A DNA stretch of 64,000 nucleotides from an uncultured Verrucomicrobiae bacterium (GTDB taxonomy: Bacteria; Verrucomicrobiota; Verrucomicrobiia; Limisphaerales; Palsa-1400): contig OY969763.1 of NCBI GenBank assembly GCA_963702845.1, positions 4,992,001 to 5,056,000 of the forward strand, given 5' to 3'. Below, piece after piece: positions 29,733 to 40,157 of the stretch; position 1 is the stretch's first letter; every line of letters begins with the position of its first letter. The translations under genes were made by a program, and so were the position numbers. The notes beneath the pieces are model-generated. The model searched no databases and was not told the DNA's origin. It saw only the letters and a program-made list of their open reading frames with translations.

Positions 29733-31715
29733 ATGTTTAAGTGTCCCCCTGTCGCCCTTTTTATGCTGGCGATAGCGACATGTGTCACGTACGCGCAGCC
29801 CGCCAGTCCTTTTGATAGTTCGCCCCAAGCTTACAAATCGCTCAGTCTCGAAGACCTGATGAACCTGCCGGTCACATCAGTCTCCCGCCAACCCGAGCCC
29901 TACAGCGTCGCCCCCGCAGCCTTGCAAGTGGTAACGGGCGATGAAATTCGCCGTTACGGCGCCTCGAGTTTTCCGGAAGCCTTGCGCCTGGCCGACAATC
30001 TCGACGTCGCCCAAGTCAGTTCGTCCAGCTGGGCAATCAGCTCGCGCGGCTTCAATTCGTCGGTCGGAAACAAACTGCTCGTCCTGATGGACGGCCGCAC
30101 CATCTACACCCCGTTGCTCTCCGGCGTCATCTGGGCCAACCAGGACTACTTGCTTCAGGACATCGATCGTATCGAAGTTATCAGTGGTCCGGGTGGAACC
30201 CTTTGGGGCGCCAACGCGGTGAACGGCGTCATCAATATTGTCAGCAAAAACGCACGCGACACGCAGGGCTTCTATGGCGAAGTTGGCGGCGGTTCGTGGT
30301 TGCACGACTTTGTCGGACTGCGCTACGGCGGGACAATCACGACAAACGTCTTCTACCGCGCTTACGTGAAGTATTTCGAGCGCGGCCCATTGGAATACGC
30401 CGATGGCGCCAGCGCGCATGACCCTTGGAACCGCGGCCAGGGCGGCTTCCGCATCGACGACGAACGCTCCTCCGTCAGCAAGTTCACGCTACATGGCGAT
30501 TTCTACGCAGGTGACACCAGTATTGTTCCCGCCGGTCAAGGCACCCCGCAAGCGGTTGGCAACGCCAGCGGCGGCAATCTACTCGGGCGCTGGACGCGCA
30601 CGCTGGCCGAGGAATCGGACATGTCGCTGCAAACCTACTACGATCACACCCATCTCGGCGTGCCCTTCCCGGCTTCTGGCTCTGTGCCGTCGGGTATTTT
30701 TCGTGACGACCTCGACACTTTCGATATCGATTTCCAACACCGCATTCCCATCGGTGACCGTAATCGCGTCATCTGGGGTGCCGGTTATCGTTTCATAAAC
30801 GACAACTCCACTGAAGCGCCTTTGGTTGCCTTCTTTCCGGCCGTCTTCAATCAGAACATCTTCAGCTTTTTTGTGCAGGACGAAATCAAACTGCACGAAA
30901 ACTTGTTCTTTACTCTCGGCACAAAACTCGAGCACAACGACTACACCGGCTTCGAAGTCGAACCCAGCGGCCGCATCGAATGGCACGTCCATGAGAAGCA
31001 CATGATCTGGGGCGCCATCTCCCGCGCTGTGCGGACGCCTTCTCGTTTTGACCGCGACATCTTCGAACCAGCGCCCGAGTTCGGCAACGTGCTCGGAACC
31101 AGCAATTCCAACTTTCGTTCCGAATTTGTCCTCGTTTACGAACTCGGCTATCGCGCCGAACTCACCAAACGCGTCTCCGGTTCGCTCTCGCTTTTCTTCA
31201 ACAATTACGAAGACCTTCGCACCATCGGCACTACGAGCGGCGGTTTGCCTTTAGTTTTCCAAAACAATCTGCACGGCTATACCTACGGCCTCGAACTCAG
31301 CAGCGATTACCAGGTGCTCGACTGGTGGCGCTTGCACCTGGGCTACGATTTGCTTGAAGAACATTTGCGCGTCAAAAACGGCGAGTTCGATGTCAACAAC
31401 GGTCTCAACGAAACAGCCGATCCGAAAAATCAACTCTTTCTGCGCTCCTCCATGGATTTGCCGTACAACATCGAATTCAACACGGCCCTGCGCCTGATTG
31501 GCGCCGTCCACAACGACAGCGGTCCGACAGTCGGCACTGTCCCCAGCTACGTCGAACTCGACGCCCGCATCGCCTGGCACGCCACCAAACACCTTGAACT
31601 TTCCATCGTCGGCGAAAACCTCCTGCACCAACGCCACCCCGAAGCCGGTTTCCCTGGCCCCGCGCAAGAATGGGCCATCCGCAGCGCCTACGGCAAACTC
31701 GCCTACCAATTTTAG
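29733..31715 (+). CDS. TonB-dependent receptor
   Basis: Start taken at ATG 29733; plug motifs SLEDLMNLPVTSVSR, NKLLVLMDGR, IDRIEVISGPGGTLWGANAVNGVINI; terminal YQF. Confidence 0.93.
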   Translation: MFKCPPVALFMLAIATCVTYAQPASPFDSSPQAYKSLSLEDLMNLPVTSVSRQPEPYSVAPAALQVVTGDEIRRYGASSFPEALRLADNLDVAQVSSSSWAISSRGFNSSVGNKLLVLMDGRTIYTPLLSGVIWANQDYLLQDIDRIEVISGPGGTLWGANAVNGVINIVSKNARDTQGFYGEVGGGSWLHDFVGLRYGGTITTNVFYRAYVKYFERGPLEYADGASAHDPWNRGQGGFRIDDERSSVSKFTLHGDFYAGDTSIVPAGQGTPQAVGNASGGNLLGRWTRTLAEESDMSLQTYYDHTHLGVPFPASGSVPSGIFRDDLDTFDIDFQHRIPIGDRNRVIWGAGYRFINDNSTEAPLVAFFPAVFNQNIFSFFVQDEIKLHENLFFTLGTKLEHNDYTGFEVEPSGRIEWHVHEKHMIWGAISRAVRTPSRFDRDIFEPAPEFGNVLGTSNSNFRSEFVLVYELGYRAELTKRVSGSLSLFFNNYEDLRTIGTTSGGLPLVFQNNLHGYTYGLELSSDYQVLDWWRLHLGYDLLEEHLRVKNGEFDVNNGLNETADPKNQLFLRSSMDLPYNIEFNTALRLIGAVHNDSGPTVGTVPSYVELDARIAWHATKHLELSIVGENLLHQRHPEAGFPGPAQEWAIRSAYGKLAYQF

Positions 31716-31780
31716 CCCGGCATTTACACCGCATCCGAGTCTTTGCGATCTTCGCGCCTTCGCGTTAAAAAGCAGCTTCC

Positions 31781-32345
31781 AAAAAACCATGCCAACCCCG
31801 CTCGTTCGACAAATTTAGTCATAAAAAACTGCCATTTCTTTCCCTGATTTCCCTCCTTTCCCTACATTTTTTGACGAGTAGCTCCTTCCTGCCATAATCC
31901 CACCCGCACGCACGCACAAGCGTGCCCGCCGGGCAATCACACCCGTTGGCCCGTCCTCCATAGCTTCACGCGAAGGAGGAAACATGGAAAGGTTCGTTAT
32001 GTGGAAATGCTCGAAGATACCGAAGGTTTTGCAGCGCGTGTGCCCGAAGCAGACGCTGAGCTCCCCCGCCGCTTTGGAATTGTGCGCGTGGACCTGCAAC
32101 TCGACGCATCCTTTCCAGCCCTCAACCCTCAACTCTCAACCATCGAAAATTGCACCTGCTGCCACCTTCTGTCACCTACTGCCGGCCATTGCCACCGGAA
32201 AAATCTTTTATACAAAGGGTCTAAATCTCAAAAATATCCACGCCCGCTTGCGTTTCGTGCGATTTCACATGCTGTTTTAACCCCCCATTTTCGCACGTTT
32301 TTCACGCAATCCGACTCACCGGCCCACCGACTTACCGACTCACAA
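31781..32345 (+). repeat. Modular intergenic element, copy A (conserved head + 7/10/8-bp periodic body)
   Basis: 31813-31875 matches the reverse complement of 45696-45758 at 58/63 nt (hand alignment); same downstream module order. Confidence 0.85.
31871..31898 (+). promoter_or_regulatory. Sigma70-like promoter inside element A
   Basis: TTGACG-16 nt-CATAAT with TG upstream of the -10; -35, TG and AxAAT are kept in copy B while the spacer diverges. Confidence 0.6.
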
Positions 32346-32427
32346 CCCGTATGTGCCCACCACCCTGTTGTCTTGCCTTGCGAGCCCATTCCGAGTATTG
32401 ATTTTACTGCCCAAGCGACACCTCTTT

Positions 32428-35400
32428 ATGAATCGGTTTCGAACCTTCCTGCTCATCCTGTCTCTGGTTCTGGCCATCGGCTCGCCGCGCGCTAAGGCTG
32501 CGACGCTCAACGTCCCACCACGCGCCACCAATGCCCTTGCCGGCCAGCAATTCGTCAACGTCATCACCTCAATGGCCGCGCCGCCGGACACGCAGCGCGA
32601 GAATTGGATTTTCGCCCAGATCGCCAGCGGCAACGTCCCCAATTTCATGCACACGTTGGTCCCTATCACGACGAACCTGACCATCAGCGGCGTGCCGCAC
32701 ACCGTAACTTACTACGTCACGCCCGACTACATGGCCATTGGTTCCGATTCCGATTATTTCCTCGAACCCATGACCCCGCTGCTCGCCCAACGTGTCGACA
32801 CACTCCTCGGCACCATTCGCCCCACGCGAAAAATGGTCAACGACATCGCCAACAAAGCCGTCGTCCATCTTCAGCCGAACCCGATTCCGCCGGACCCGAA
32901 CATGATTACCGTGCCGTATTTCAATCAGCACAATACGATGGTCTGGACCCAACGCGTCGTCACGCTGGCCGCGCACCCGCTCGGCTCACTCGTCGACGGC
33001 GACAAAAAAGACGTCATCGTTTCCACACTCATTTACAACAATCTGCATTCCGGCGTGCCGAAACCCGTCGTCATCTACGGCTGGCACTATCCCGACGGTA
33101 CATTCATCCAACCCGCATACAACGGCCATGAAGAAACCTACGCCGATTACAGTCACGGCATCCGCATGGTCCAAAACGCCATCATCCTCGACGGCACCAA
33201 CACAACCATCACCGCTGTCCTCACAAATCCAGCAGTCGCCGCCATCCTGAGCGATGAAACCACGTTCACCGGCAACACCATTCCGCAGCCGTACTACACT
33301 GTCGCCGCCGTCGCGCCGACGATCATCACCCATCCATTCAGCCGCGCGGTCGGTCCCGGCACCAATGTTCAATTCTCCGTGCTCTCCGTCGGCGACCCGC
33401 CGCTCACCTACACCTGGAAGCAAAACGGCTCAGCCATATCCGGTGCGACCAATTCCGTCCTCACCATCAACAACGCGCAGTCAGGCAACGTCGGCACTTA
33501 CAGCGTCGTCGTCGGCAACGCCAGTGGCACAGCTACAAGTTGGAACGCGACACTGACGGTTAACGCGCAGACGCATCCGATTTTGTTCTCTGACGATTTC
33601 GACAACAACAACTCCGCCAACTGGAATGTGTTCTGGGGCGCGGACAACAGCGTGCCCGATTACACGGTCACGTGGGCTTACGACTACGGCGCGACTCCTT
33701 ATTTATACAGCGGCCTCAGTCACTTGATCCCGCCTTCACCGCATTCTACCGGGTCAACTAAAGGCGTGAAGTTCACCGTCAACACCACCAACGGCGCGAA
33801 CGTCGGCGTAAACATTTATCCAAAAAACAAAACCTTCAGCGGCAACTTCGCCGTGAAATTCGACATGTGGATCAATTACCCCGGCACCGCGAATGGCAGC
33901 GGCGCGAGCGGCAGCACGCAATTTGGAATTTTCGGCATCGACCACACCGGCACCCGCGCAAACTGGGGCGCAGCCAGCGCGACCGCCACCGATGGGCTCT
34001 GGTTTGGTTCTGACGGCGATGGCGGCACCACCCGCGATTACCGCGCTTATCTCGGCAATGTGTCCGGCACACAAACCGAACTCATCGGCGCGACCAGCGG
34101 CCTGACCGCCTCGAACCACGCCGCTGCCATTTATCAAACGCTCTTCCCCGCTCCGCCAAACGAATCCGCCGGTGCCCCCGGCAAAACCTGGGTCTCAGTT
34201 GAAGTCGATCAAACGAACAATAACCTCACCGTGTTGATGAACGGCACAGTCATCGCGCAGCGCACCAACACATCCGTTTTCATTAACGGCACAATCATGC
34301 TGGGGTTAATGGACGTCTTCCCATCGCTCGCCAGTCCCGTCGCCGAGTCCTACGTCATATTCGACAATGTCACCGTCGAAGACCTCAGCTCCAGCGGAGT
34401 TGCTCCCAACATCAATTCTCAACCACAAAACCAAAGCGTCCCACTCGCCACGCCCGCGACTTTCACCGTCAGTGCCACCGGTTCGTCGCTCAGCTATCAA
34501 TGGCTCTTCGAGGGCAACAACATCGCCGGTGCCAATGGCTCGTCGTACACCATCGCCAGCGCTCAAAACACAAATATCGGTTACTACAGCGTCATCGTGA
34601 GCAACGCGCTCGGGACCGCCACTAGTTCGAGCGCCAACCTGACCATCAGCGGGTATTATCTCGATACGCTCGACGCCAACAGCTCAGCGAATTGGGTCAC
34701 GAACACATCGTCTGCGGACAACCGCATCACGTGGAATTTCGATTACTCAACTGTCGGAATCCCACTGCTCAGCGGAGCGAGCAGCACGCGCGCGTTAAAG
34801 ATGGAAGCGAACCTTTCTTTGGCTGCCGTCGCCGCGATCAATCTATCGCCAAAAAACCAAAGTTTCACAGGCGATTACCAATTGCGCTTCAATGTCTGGT
34901 TGAACTTCGTGGGCCCCGCGCCCGGCGGCGGCACTGGTTCCACCGAAGCGTTCACCGCCGGCATCGGCACCACCGGCGATCGAGTCGAGTGGGCGCAAGC
35001 GGGCAACACAGCCAACGGTGTTTGGGTTGCAGGCAATGGTGATGGTGGATCGAGTCCCGTCACACCGACCTATCCCGACTACGCGATCTACACCAACGCA
35101 ACCATTGGTGCCGCGTCGACGCTCGTTCGCACCAACTCCGGACTCTACGCCGCACCCAACAACGCCAACCCGAGCACTTATCACGGCAACACCTATTACA
35201 CCGCCGCGTTCCCCGGCAAAACCATCCCGGCCGCTCAAACCGCGCTTGCGCCTTCGACCCAAACCGGCACTGCTAGTACTGGTTCGCTCGGTTTCAGTTG
35301 GCACGAAGTCATCCTGAAAAAAGTCAGCAACGTGGTAACGTGGTCGATCGATGGCGTGCGGATCGCTTCGGTGACGAATGGCGTCATCGCGGGCAACAAT

Positions 35401-36960
35401 GTCTCCATCGGTTACATGGACCCGTTCCCGAGCGTCGCACAGACGAATTTTGAATTTGGTCTCTTTGCCAATTTCCGCGTCGAACCAACCGGTGCAGAAA
35501 CCGGAACTGCCCCAACCATCACCGCACAACCGCAAAGCACCAGCGTGAGCCCCGGCGCAACCGCGACGTTCAGCGTGACCGCGAGAAGCTCCAGCCCGTT
35601 GCGTTATCAATGGCAAAAGAACGGCATCACTATTTCCGGCGCGACCGCATCGGCGTTCACGATCGTCAACGCGCAACAATCCGACGCGGGCACGTACCAT
35701 GTTTTGGTGATGAACGATTTCAATTTCGTCACGAGCAGCGATGCAACACTTACGGTCTTGAGCGGACCGACACGCTTGCAAGGCATGGCGCTCAACCCCG
35801 ATAATTCCGTCACCACCACCTGGACAACCGACGCTTCGAGCACCTACACGCTCCAATACAAATCAAACCTGACCGACGCCGTCTGGACGCCTCTCGCCAG
35901 CTATATCGCCTCCGGCCCGACGCTCACCATTCCTGACGGACCGATCACCGATTCGCAACGCTTTTACCAACTCTCATCTGACCAACACCTCAGCGACATC
36001 GCCGGTGTGATGAATTTCACTTTACTGGGAAACTCCGACAATTTCGTTTCTCTACCGCTGGTGCGCGGCCCTTCGTCGGTCGCCGATATTTTATCCGCAT
36101 CAGGAAACGTCATTACGACCATTGATTCACCGTGGACCAACGGCCAGTTCGTTTACCCAGCTAACGTGCAGTCGAATACTTATTACGCGCGTTTCATCTC
36201 CGGCGCCCTCGCCGGCCGCATCTACACCGTCACCGACAACACCGCGAACACAGTGACAATTAACCTCGGCTCCGATTCCGTCGCCGCAGTCGCGCAATAC
36301 GACCAAATCTCGATTGAACCCTATTGGACCCTCGCCACCGCGTTCCCGAACGGCGCGGGCGTGAACGTTTCGCCCACCCAGGGCAATCGCAACACCGAAA
36401 TTCTTTTGCCCGATCAATCCAGCCCCGGCGTGAATCTTAGTTCAGCGCGCGTTTACTTTTTCAACGCGGGCATTTGGAAACAAGTCGGCCAGGGCGGCGC
36501 CAATCACAACGACGATGTGCTCGCGCCCAACATTCACTTCATCATTCGCCACAACGTCGCCACCAACACAACCCTCTCGATCACCGGCCTCGTCGTCTCA
36601 AGCGCATTGTCCATCCCGTTGCAAACATCCAGCACCACCGCGCAAGACAACTACATCGGCCTCGCTCGCCCCGTTACGATGACGTTGAACACCTCCGGTC
36701 TCATCAGCAGCGGAGCGTTTAGCACAAGCCCGCTCCCCGGCACGCGCACCGACGAACTGCTCACTTTCGATAACGGCGTCGCGCAGAAAAATAAATCTTC
36801 CTCGGCAGTGTATTATTACTGGAGCAATGCGTGGCGTCGGGTCGGTTCCGGAAGTCAGGACGTCGGAGACACGCAAGTATTCGCACCCGGCACCGGCGTC
36901 ATCATCCGCAAAGCCACCAACAGCCCTGCCTCGGTTTGGGTTACCTTACCGACCTGGTGA
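32428..36960 (+). CDS. Large exported multidomain protein: uncharacterised N-terminal enzyme-like domain, 3 Ig domains, 2 related beta-sandwich domains, FYxL domain, C-terminal TIGR02597-like domain
   Basis: Start taken at ATG 32428 with signal peptide; Ig repeats 'P.I..QP.......G..ATF.V.A.....L.YQW'; C-terminal 'PYWTLATAFP...DNYIGLARP...GVIIRK' recalled as TIGR02597-like. Confidence 0.85.
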   Translation: MNRFRTFLLILSLVLAIGSPRAKAATLNVPPRATNALAGQQFVNVITSMAAPPDTQRENWIFAQIASGNVPNFMHTLVPITTNLTISGVPHTVTYYVTPDYMAIGSDSDYFLEPMTPLLAQRVDTLLGTIRPTRKMVNDIANKAVVHLQPNPIPPDPNMITVPYFNQHNTMVWTQRVVTLAAHPLGSLVDGDKKDVIVSTLIYNNLHSGVPKPVVIYGWHYPDGTFIQPAYNGHEETYADYSHGIRMVQNAIILDGTNTTITAVLTNPAVAAILSDETTFTGNTIPQPYYTVAAVAPTIITHPFSRAVGPGTNVQFSVLSVGDPPLTYTWKQNGSAISGATNSVLTINNAQSGNVGTYSVVVGNASGTATSWNATLTVNAQTHPILFSDDFDNNNSANWNVFWGADNSVPDYTVTWAYDYGATPYLYSGLSHLIPPSPHSTGSTKGVKFTVNTTNGANVGVNIYPKNKTFSGNFAVKFDMWINYPGTANGSGASGSTQFGIFGIDHTGTRANWGAASATATDGLWFGSDGDGGTTRDYRAYLGNVSGTQTELIGATSGLTASNHAAAIYQTLFPAPPNESAGAPGKTWVSVEVDQTNNNLTVLMNGTVIAQRTNTSVFINGTIMLGLMDVFPSLASPVAESYVIFDNVTVEDLSSSGVAPNINSQPQNQSVPLATPATFTVSATGSSLSYQWLFEGNNIAGANGSSYTIASAQNTNIGYYSVIVSNALGTATSSSANLTISGYYLDTLDANSSANWVTNTSSADNRITWNFDYSTVGIPLLSGASSTRALKMEANLSLAAVAAINLSPKNQSFTGDYQLRFNVWLNFVGPAPGGGTGSTEAFTAGIGTTGDRVEWAQAGNTANGVWVAGNGDGGSSPVTPTYPDYAIYTNATIGAASTLVRTNSGLYAAPNNANPSTYHGNTYYTAAFPGKTIPAAQTALAPSTQTGTASTGSLGFSWHEVILKKVSNVVTWSIDGVRIASVTNGVIAGNNVSIGYMDPFPSVAQTNFEFGLFANFRVEPTGAETGTAPTITAQPQSTSVSPGATATFSVTARSSSPLRYQWQKNGITISGATASAFTIVNAQQSDAGTYHVLVMNDFNFVTSSDATLTVLSGPTRLQGMALNPDNSVTTTWTTDASSTYTLQYKSNLTDAVWTPLASYIASGPTLTIPDGPITDSQRFYQLSSDQHLSDIAGVMNFTLLGNSDNFVSLPLVRGPSSVADILSASGNVITTIDSPWTNGQFVYPANVQSNTYYARFISGALAGRIYTVTDNTANTVTINLGSDSVAAVAQYDQISIEPYWTLATAFPNGAGVNVSPTQGNRNTEILLPDQSSPGVNLSSARVYFFNAGIWKQVGQGGANHNDDVLAPNIHFIIRHNVATNTTLSITGLVVSSALSIPLQTSSTTAQDNYIGLARPVTMTLNTSGLISSGAFSTSPLPGTRTDELLTFDNGVAQKNKSSSAVYYYWSNAWRRVGSGSQDVGDTQVFAPGTGVIIRKATNSPASVWVTLPTW

Positions 36961-38160
36961 AAGCGTGTTGAGCAGAGCGGCCAATCGCCTCGTCTGGTCC
37001 CGACGCGAATAGTGTTCAACCGCTTGCTCGTTGCGCGTCAGCTTGATGTCGCCGGTTTGTTTCCACTCGGCGTACCACTTTGTGAGAACGCCCGCGATTT
37101 CCTGCGGTGTGCTGGTGATCTCGCCGGCCCTTGTCCGGCGGACGATGTCGCACGCATCACCGCCGTCGTCAGGTGCGAGCAAGATGGGACGTTTCGCGCC
37201 AAGATAGTCAAAAATTTTCGCCGGCAAAACACCGGGATGATCGGTGCAAGTCAACAAGAGCAACGCCGCGCTCTTCTGTTGAATTTCAATGACTTGTTTG
37301 TGTGGAACCTTGGGATGGGCTTTGACCGGCAACGTCTCCAACGCGCCGGGACAGGTCTCATTGATCTGTTCGACCGATGGTCCGTAAAAGTTGACCTGGA
37401 TTTTGTCGCGAGGAATCGAGCCGCTGTTTAACGCAAGCCGAAGCCCTTGCATGAACAGGTCAGGATGCTCAAGCCGAACGATTGAGCCGGTGTAAGAAAT
37501 TGTGAAAACCGATTTGTCCGGTTGCACGCCTGTCGGAAACAGCGCCGGGTCATAACCGTTTTCAATGACCTGCACTTGTTTGCCGATCCTGGGCGAAAGC
37601 TCTTTGGCCCAGCTCGGCGAGACAATCGCGACCGCGTTGGCATCGCGGCAGAGTCGTCGCTCGTGATAAGCCCAAATGGGCCGCTTGTACCATGAACCAA
37701 ACGGAACAAGACTGTAGCTGTCGCGCAAATCGGCAATCCACGGCTTGTTGATTCGCTTGGCCGTTTGACTCGCTAAACCCATCGTGACAATTGGATCGCT
37801 CGTCGCCCACACGGCATCAAACTGAGTTTCGCGACAAAGTTCGGTGATGGCTTCAGTCGCCTTGCGCGACCACAGGTGTGGCGCGAGGTGCGGGCTCGCG
37901 TAGGGCAATAATTTTCGAACCACCATGCGTTCGTAAAACGTGCGATACGGCGGCTGGGGAACGCGCACGATTTTGACGTCGTCCGGTATTTTGCCGACGA
38001 AGTTCGGATCTGAATCACGACCCTCGGCCGGCCAGTCCTGGCAGACGACGGTAGGCAGCCATCCGTTTTCGGGCAGATACTTTGCGAAGCAACCGGTGCG
38101 ATAACTGGCCACGTGATTGCGCGGAGGAAAGTAAAATGCGATCAAGAGGACTCGTTTCAA
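36946..38160 (-). CDS. Glycosyltransferase, GT4-like
   Basis: Start taken at TTG 38160 (KRVLLIAFYFPP); PWIADLRD, IENGYD, PAKIFDYLGAKRPIL. Confidence 0.88.
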   Translation of the reverse strand: MKRVLLIAFYFPPRNHVASYRTGCFAKYLPENGWLPTVVCQDWPAEGRDSDPNFVGKIPDDVKIVRVPQPPYRTFYERMVVRKLLPYASPHLAPHLWSRKATEAITELCRETQFDAVWATSDPIVTMGLASQTAKRINKPWIADLRDSYSLVPFGSWYKRPIWAYHERRLCRDANAVAIVSPSWAKELSPRIGKQVQVIENGYDPALFPTGVQPDKSVFTISYTGSIVRLEHPDLFMQGLRLALNSGSIPRDKIQVNFYGPSVEQINETCPGALETLPVKAHPKVPHKQVIEIQQKSAALLLLTCTDHPGVLPAKIFDYLGAKRPILLAPDDGGDACDIVRRTRAGEITSTPQEIAGVLTKWYAEWKQTGDIKLTRNEQAVEHYSRRDQTRRLAALLNTLSPGR

Positions 38161-38235
38161 CGCGGCGCGAAGGTAGTTCGCAGAGGAAATGCTTTTCAAG
38201 CATAAAGAAAGCCATGAGAATGCGCGCCGTCGCGC

Positions 38236-39327
38236 ATGAACGCCGTTATCCCGCACAAATCCAAACCTGCCGTGCGGCATTTGCACGTTCTGCAGAACTC
38301 TTTCTTTGTCACGCCGTTCCTGGATTTTTTGAAAAAGCACTTTCCGGAAGAGTTTGCCGGTTCGACGTTTTACGCGATGGGTTACAGGGACCGCATCCAA
38401 ACCGACGTTCCAGTGACGGTCGTGAAATCGTTTGGCGACTTTATCAAGCTCTACCTAAAAATGCGACGCTACGACCGCATTTTCTTCCATTCATTTCCAG
38501 CAGCACACAAGCGGCTGATGTTGATGGCGCTGTCGCCTTCGTTGCTGAAGCGCATGACATGGATTATCTGGGGCGCGGACCTCTACAACGAATACGAATA
38601 CTTGAGCACCAGCCCGAAGGGTTCTCACCGTTCGCGCTTGCGATTATTGCGGTTTGTCACGTCGCGGTTTGGCGCGGTCGCAACGCTTTTGCCAAGCGAC
38701 TTTGAATATGCAAAGAGCATCTTTGGTTTGCGCGGCCAGCATAAGCCGGTGAGTTACATTCCGGTTTCGGATTTGCCGCACGTCGCGGAGAGAACGCGCC
38801 AACCCGGCGAACCATTGCGCATTCTCATCGGCAACTCGTCCACGCGCACCAGCCGATTCGAAGACGCGTTTGAAAAGTTGAAAGTTTATCGCGACGAGAA
38901 CATTGAAATTTTCGTTCCGCTCTCTTACGGCGATAAGGAATACGCGCGTGAAATCGCCAGGCTCGGCGCGGATATTTTCGGCAACAAGTTCAAGCCGCTC
39001 CTCGAGTGGATGGCACCCGCTGATTACGGCGCTTTGCTCAACAGCATCGACATCGGCGTGTTCAACCACAAGCGACAGCAGGCGTTGGGCAACATCTATC
39101 ACATGTTCGCCGCCGGTAAAAAAGTTTATGTCCGGAGCGACGGCGCGATGTGGTCGTTCTTCAACTCTGATTTGAAGACAGAAATCGGAGACGCCTGCGA
39201 TTTGGGAAAGATTTCGTTCGACGAATTAGCCAAACCGGTAGACGGACGCGCTAACCACGAGAAGATCGGCGGGCACATCGGTCTGCCGAACTTGATCAAA
39301 ATGTGGAACGGGATCTTGCGCGAGTAG
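38236..39327 (+). CDS. WecF-like (GT56) 4-alpha-L-fucosyltransferase family protein
   Basis: WIIWGADLY, ILIGNS, IFVPLSYG..EY, FNHKRQQALGNI, GKKVYV. Confidence 0.8.
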   Translation: MNAVIPHKSKPAVRHLHVLQNSFFVTPFLDFLKKHFPEEFAGSTFYAMGYRDRIQTDVPVTVVKSFGDFIKLYLKMRRYDRIFFHSFPAAHKRLMLMALSPSLLKRMTWIIWGADLYNEYEYLSTSPKGSHRSRLRLLRFVTSRFGAVATLLPSDFEYAKSIFGLRGQHKPVSYIPVSDLPHVAERTRQPGEPLRILIGNSSTRTSRFEDAFEKLKVYRDENIEIFVPLSYGDKEYAREIARLGADIFGNKFKPLLEWMAPADYGALLNSIDIGVFNHKRQQALGNIYHMFAAGKKVYVRSDGAMWSFFNSDLKTEIGDACDLGKISFDELAKPVDGRANHEKIGGHIGLPNLIKMWNGILRE

Positions 39328-39329
39328 CC

Positions 39330-40046
39330 TCACGCGATGGGCTTGATGGCCGTTCCGTTCAGCCCGATTGGCATTAGCTGGTCGGTGTAAGCGTCCGGTG
39401 GGTCATCAATTCTCTCAAGCCAGAGCACGACAGGGATGGCCATGCGGGCAAGAAGCGATTTTAAAGACCGACGCCATCCCCGCGCTGACCGGCGTCGAAT
39501 CCACAGACTTAACATTTGTGCCATACTGGCGTCCCATCCTCCGGACGCTCGAATCATGATTGATGAAAAGCCGCTATTGGTCAGGTGACGTTTCAGCGAA
39601 AACGGCGTGTAACGATATTCATCGTAAGGTGAGCAATGAAGCGGCCACAAAAACGGCACGGTGAAATACATGAACCCGCCGGGCTTCAACACCCGCAATA
39701 TTTCCTTCATCACAACTTCCGGTTCTGGACAATGCTCGAAAACTTCAGTCGCCATCACGCAGTCCACGCTCGCATTCTCCATCGGGATTACTTTTCCGTC
39801 CCATTCCAGGTCAGGTTTGCCATACTCGTTATTCGGTAGATCAAGGCCAATGTAACGCGTCACCCGGCTGCCGGGTTGAACAAATAACGATTTGTAAGGC
39901 ATGCGTCCGCATCCAACGTCCAGCACCGTGCCGTGAAAATTCGGCAATTCGCGTGTGAGGGCCTTGAGCACGGCACGACGCGGTATGTAAATGTCGATCC
40001 TTCTGGCGGTGCACTTGGGATTGAGGAAATCATGTTGGTCGGCCAT
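39330..40046 (-). CDS. Class I SAM-dependent methyltransferase
   Basis: VLDVGCGRMPY, TEVFEHCPEP, RVLKPGG, TVPFLWPLH; start taken at ATG 40046. Confidence 0.9.
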   Translation of the reverse strand: MADQHDFLNPKCTARRIDIYIPRRAVLKALTRELPNFHGTVLDVGCGRMPYKSLFVQPGSRVTRYIGLDLPNNEYGKPDLEWDGKVIPMENASVDCVMATEVFEHCPEPEVVMKEILRVLKPGGFMYFTVPFLWPLHCSPYDEYRYTPFSLKRHLTNSGFSSIMIRASGGWDASMAQMLSLWIRRRSARGWRRSLKSLLARMAIPVVLWLERIDDPPDAYTDQLMPIGLNGTAIKPIA

Positions 40047-40157
40047 ACAAACAATTTTGAATTGTTGCGCAGTTTGCCGATATGAACAAACGGCGTCCAG
40101 ATAAACCAATTCTTCTCGCCTGCTTTTGTTCGACACGGCAGAATAGTCGCGCTCCTT

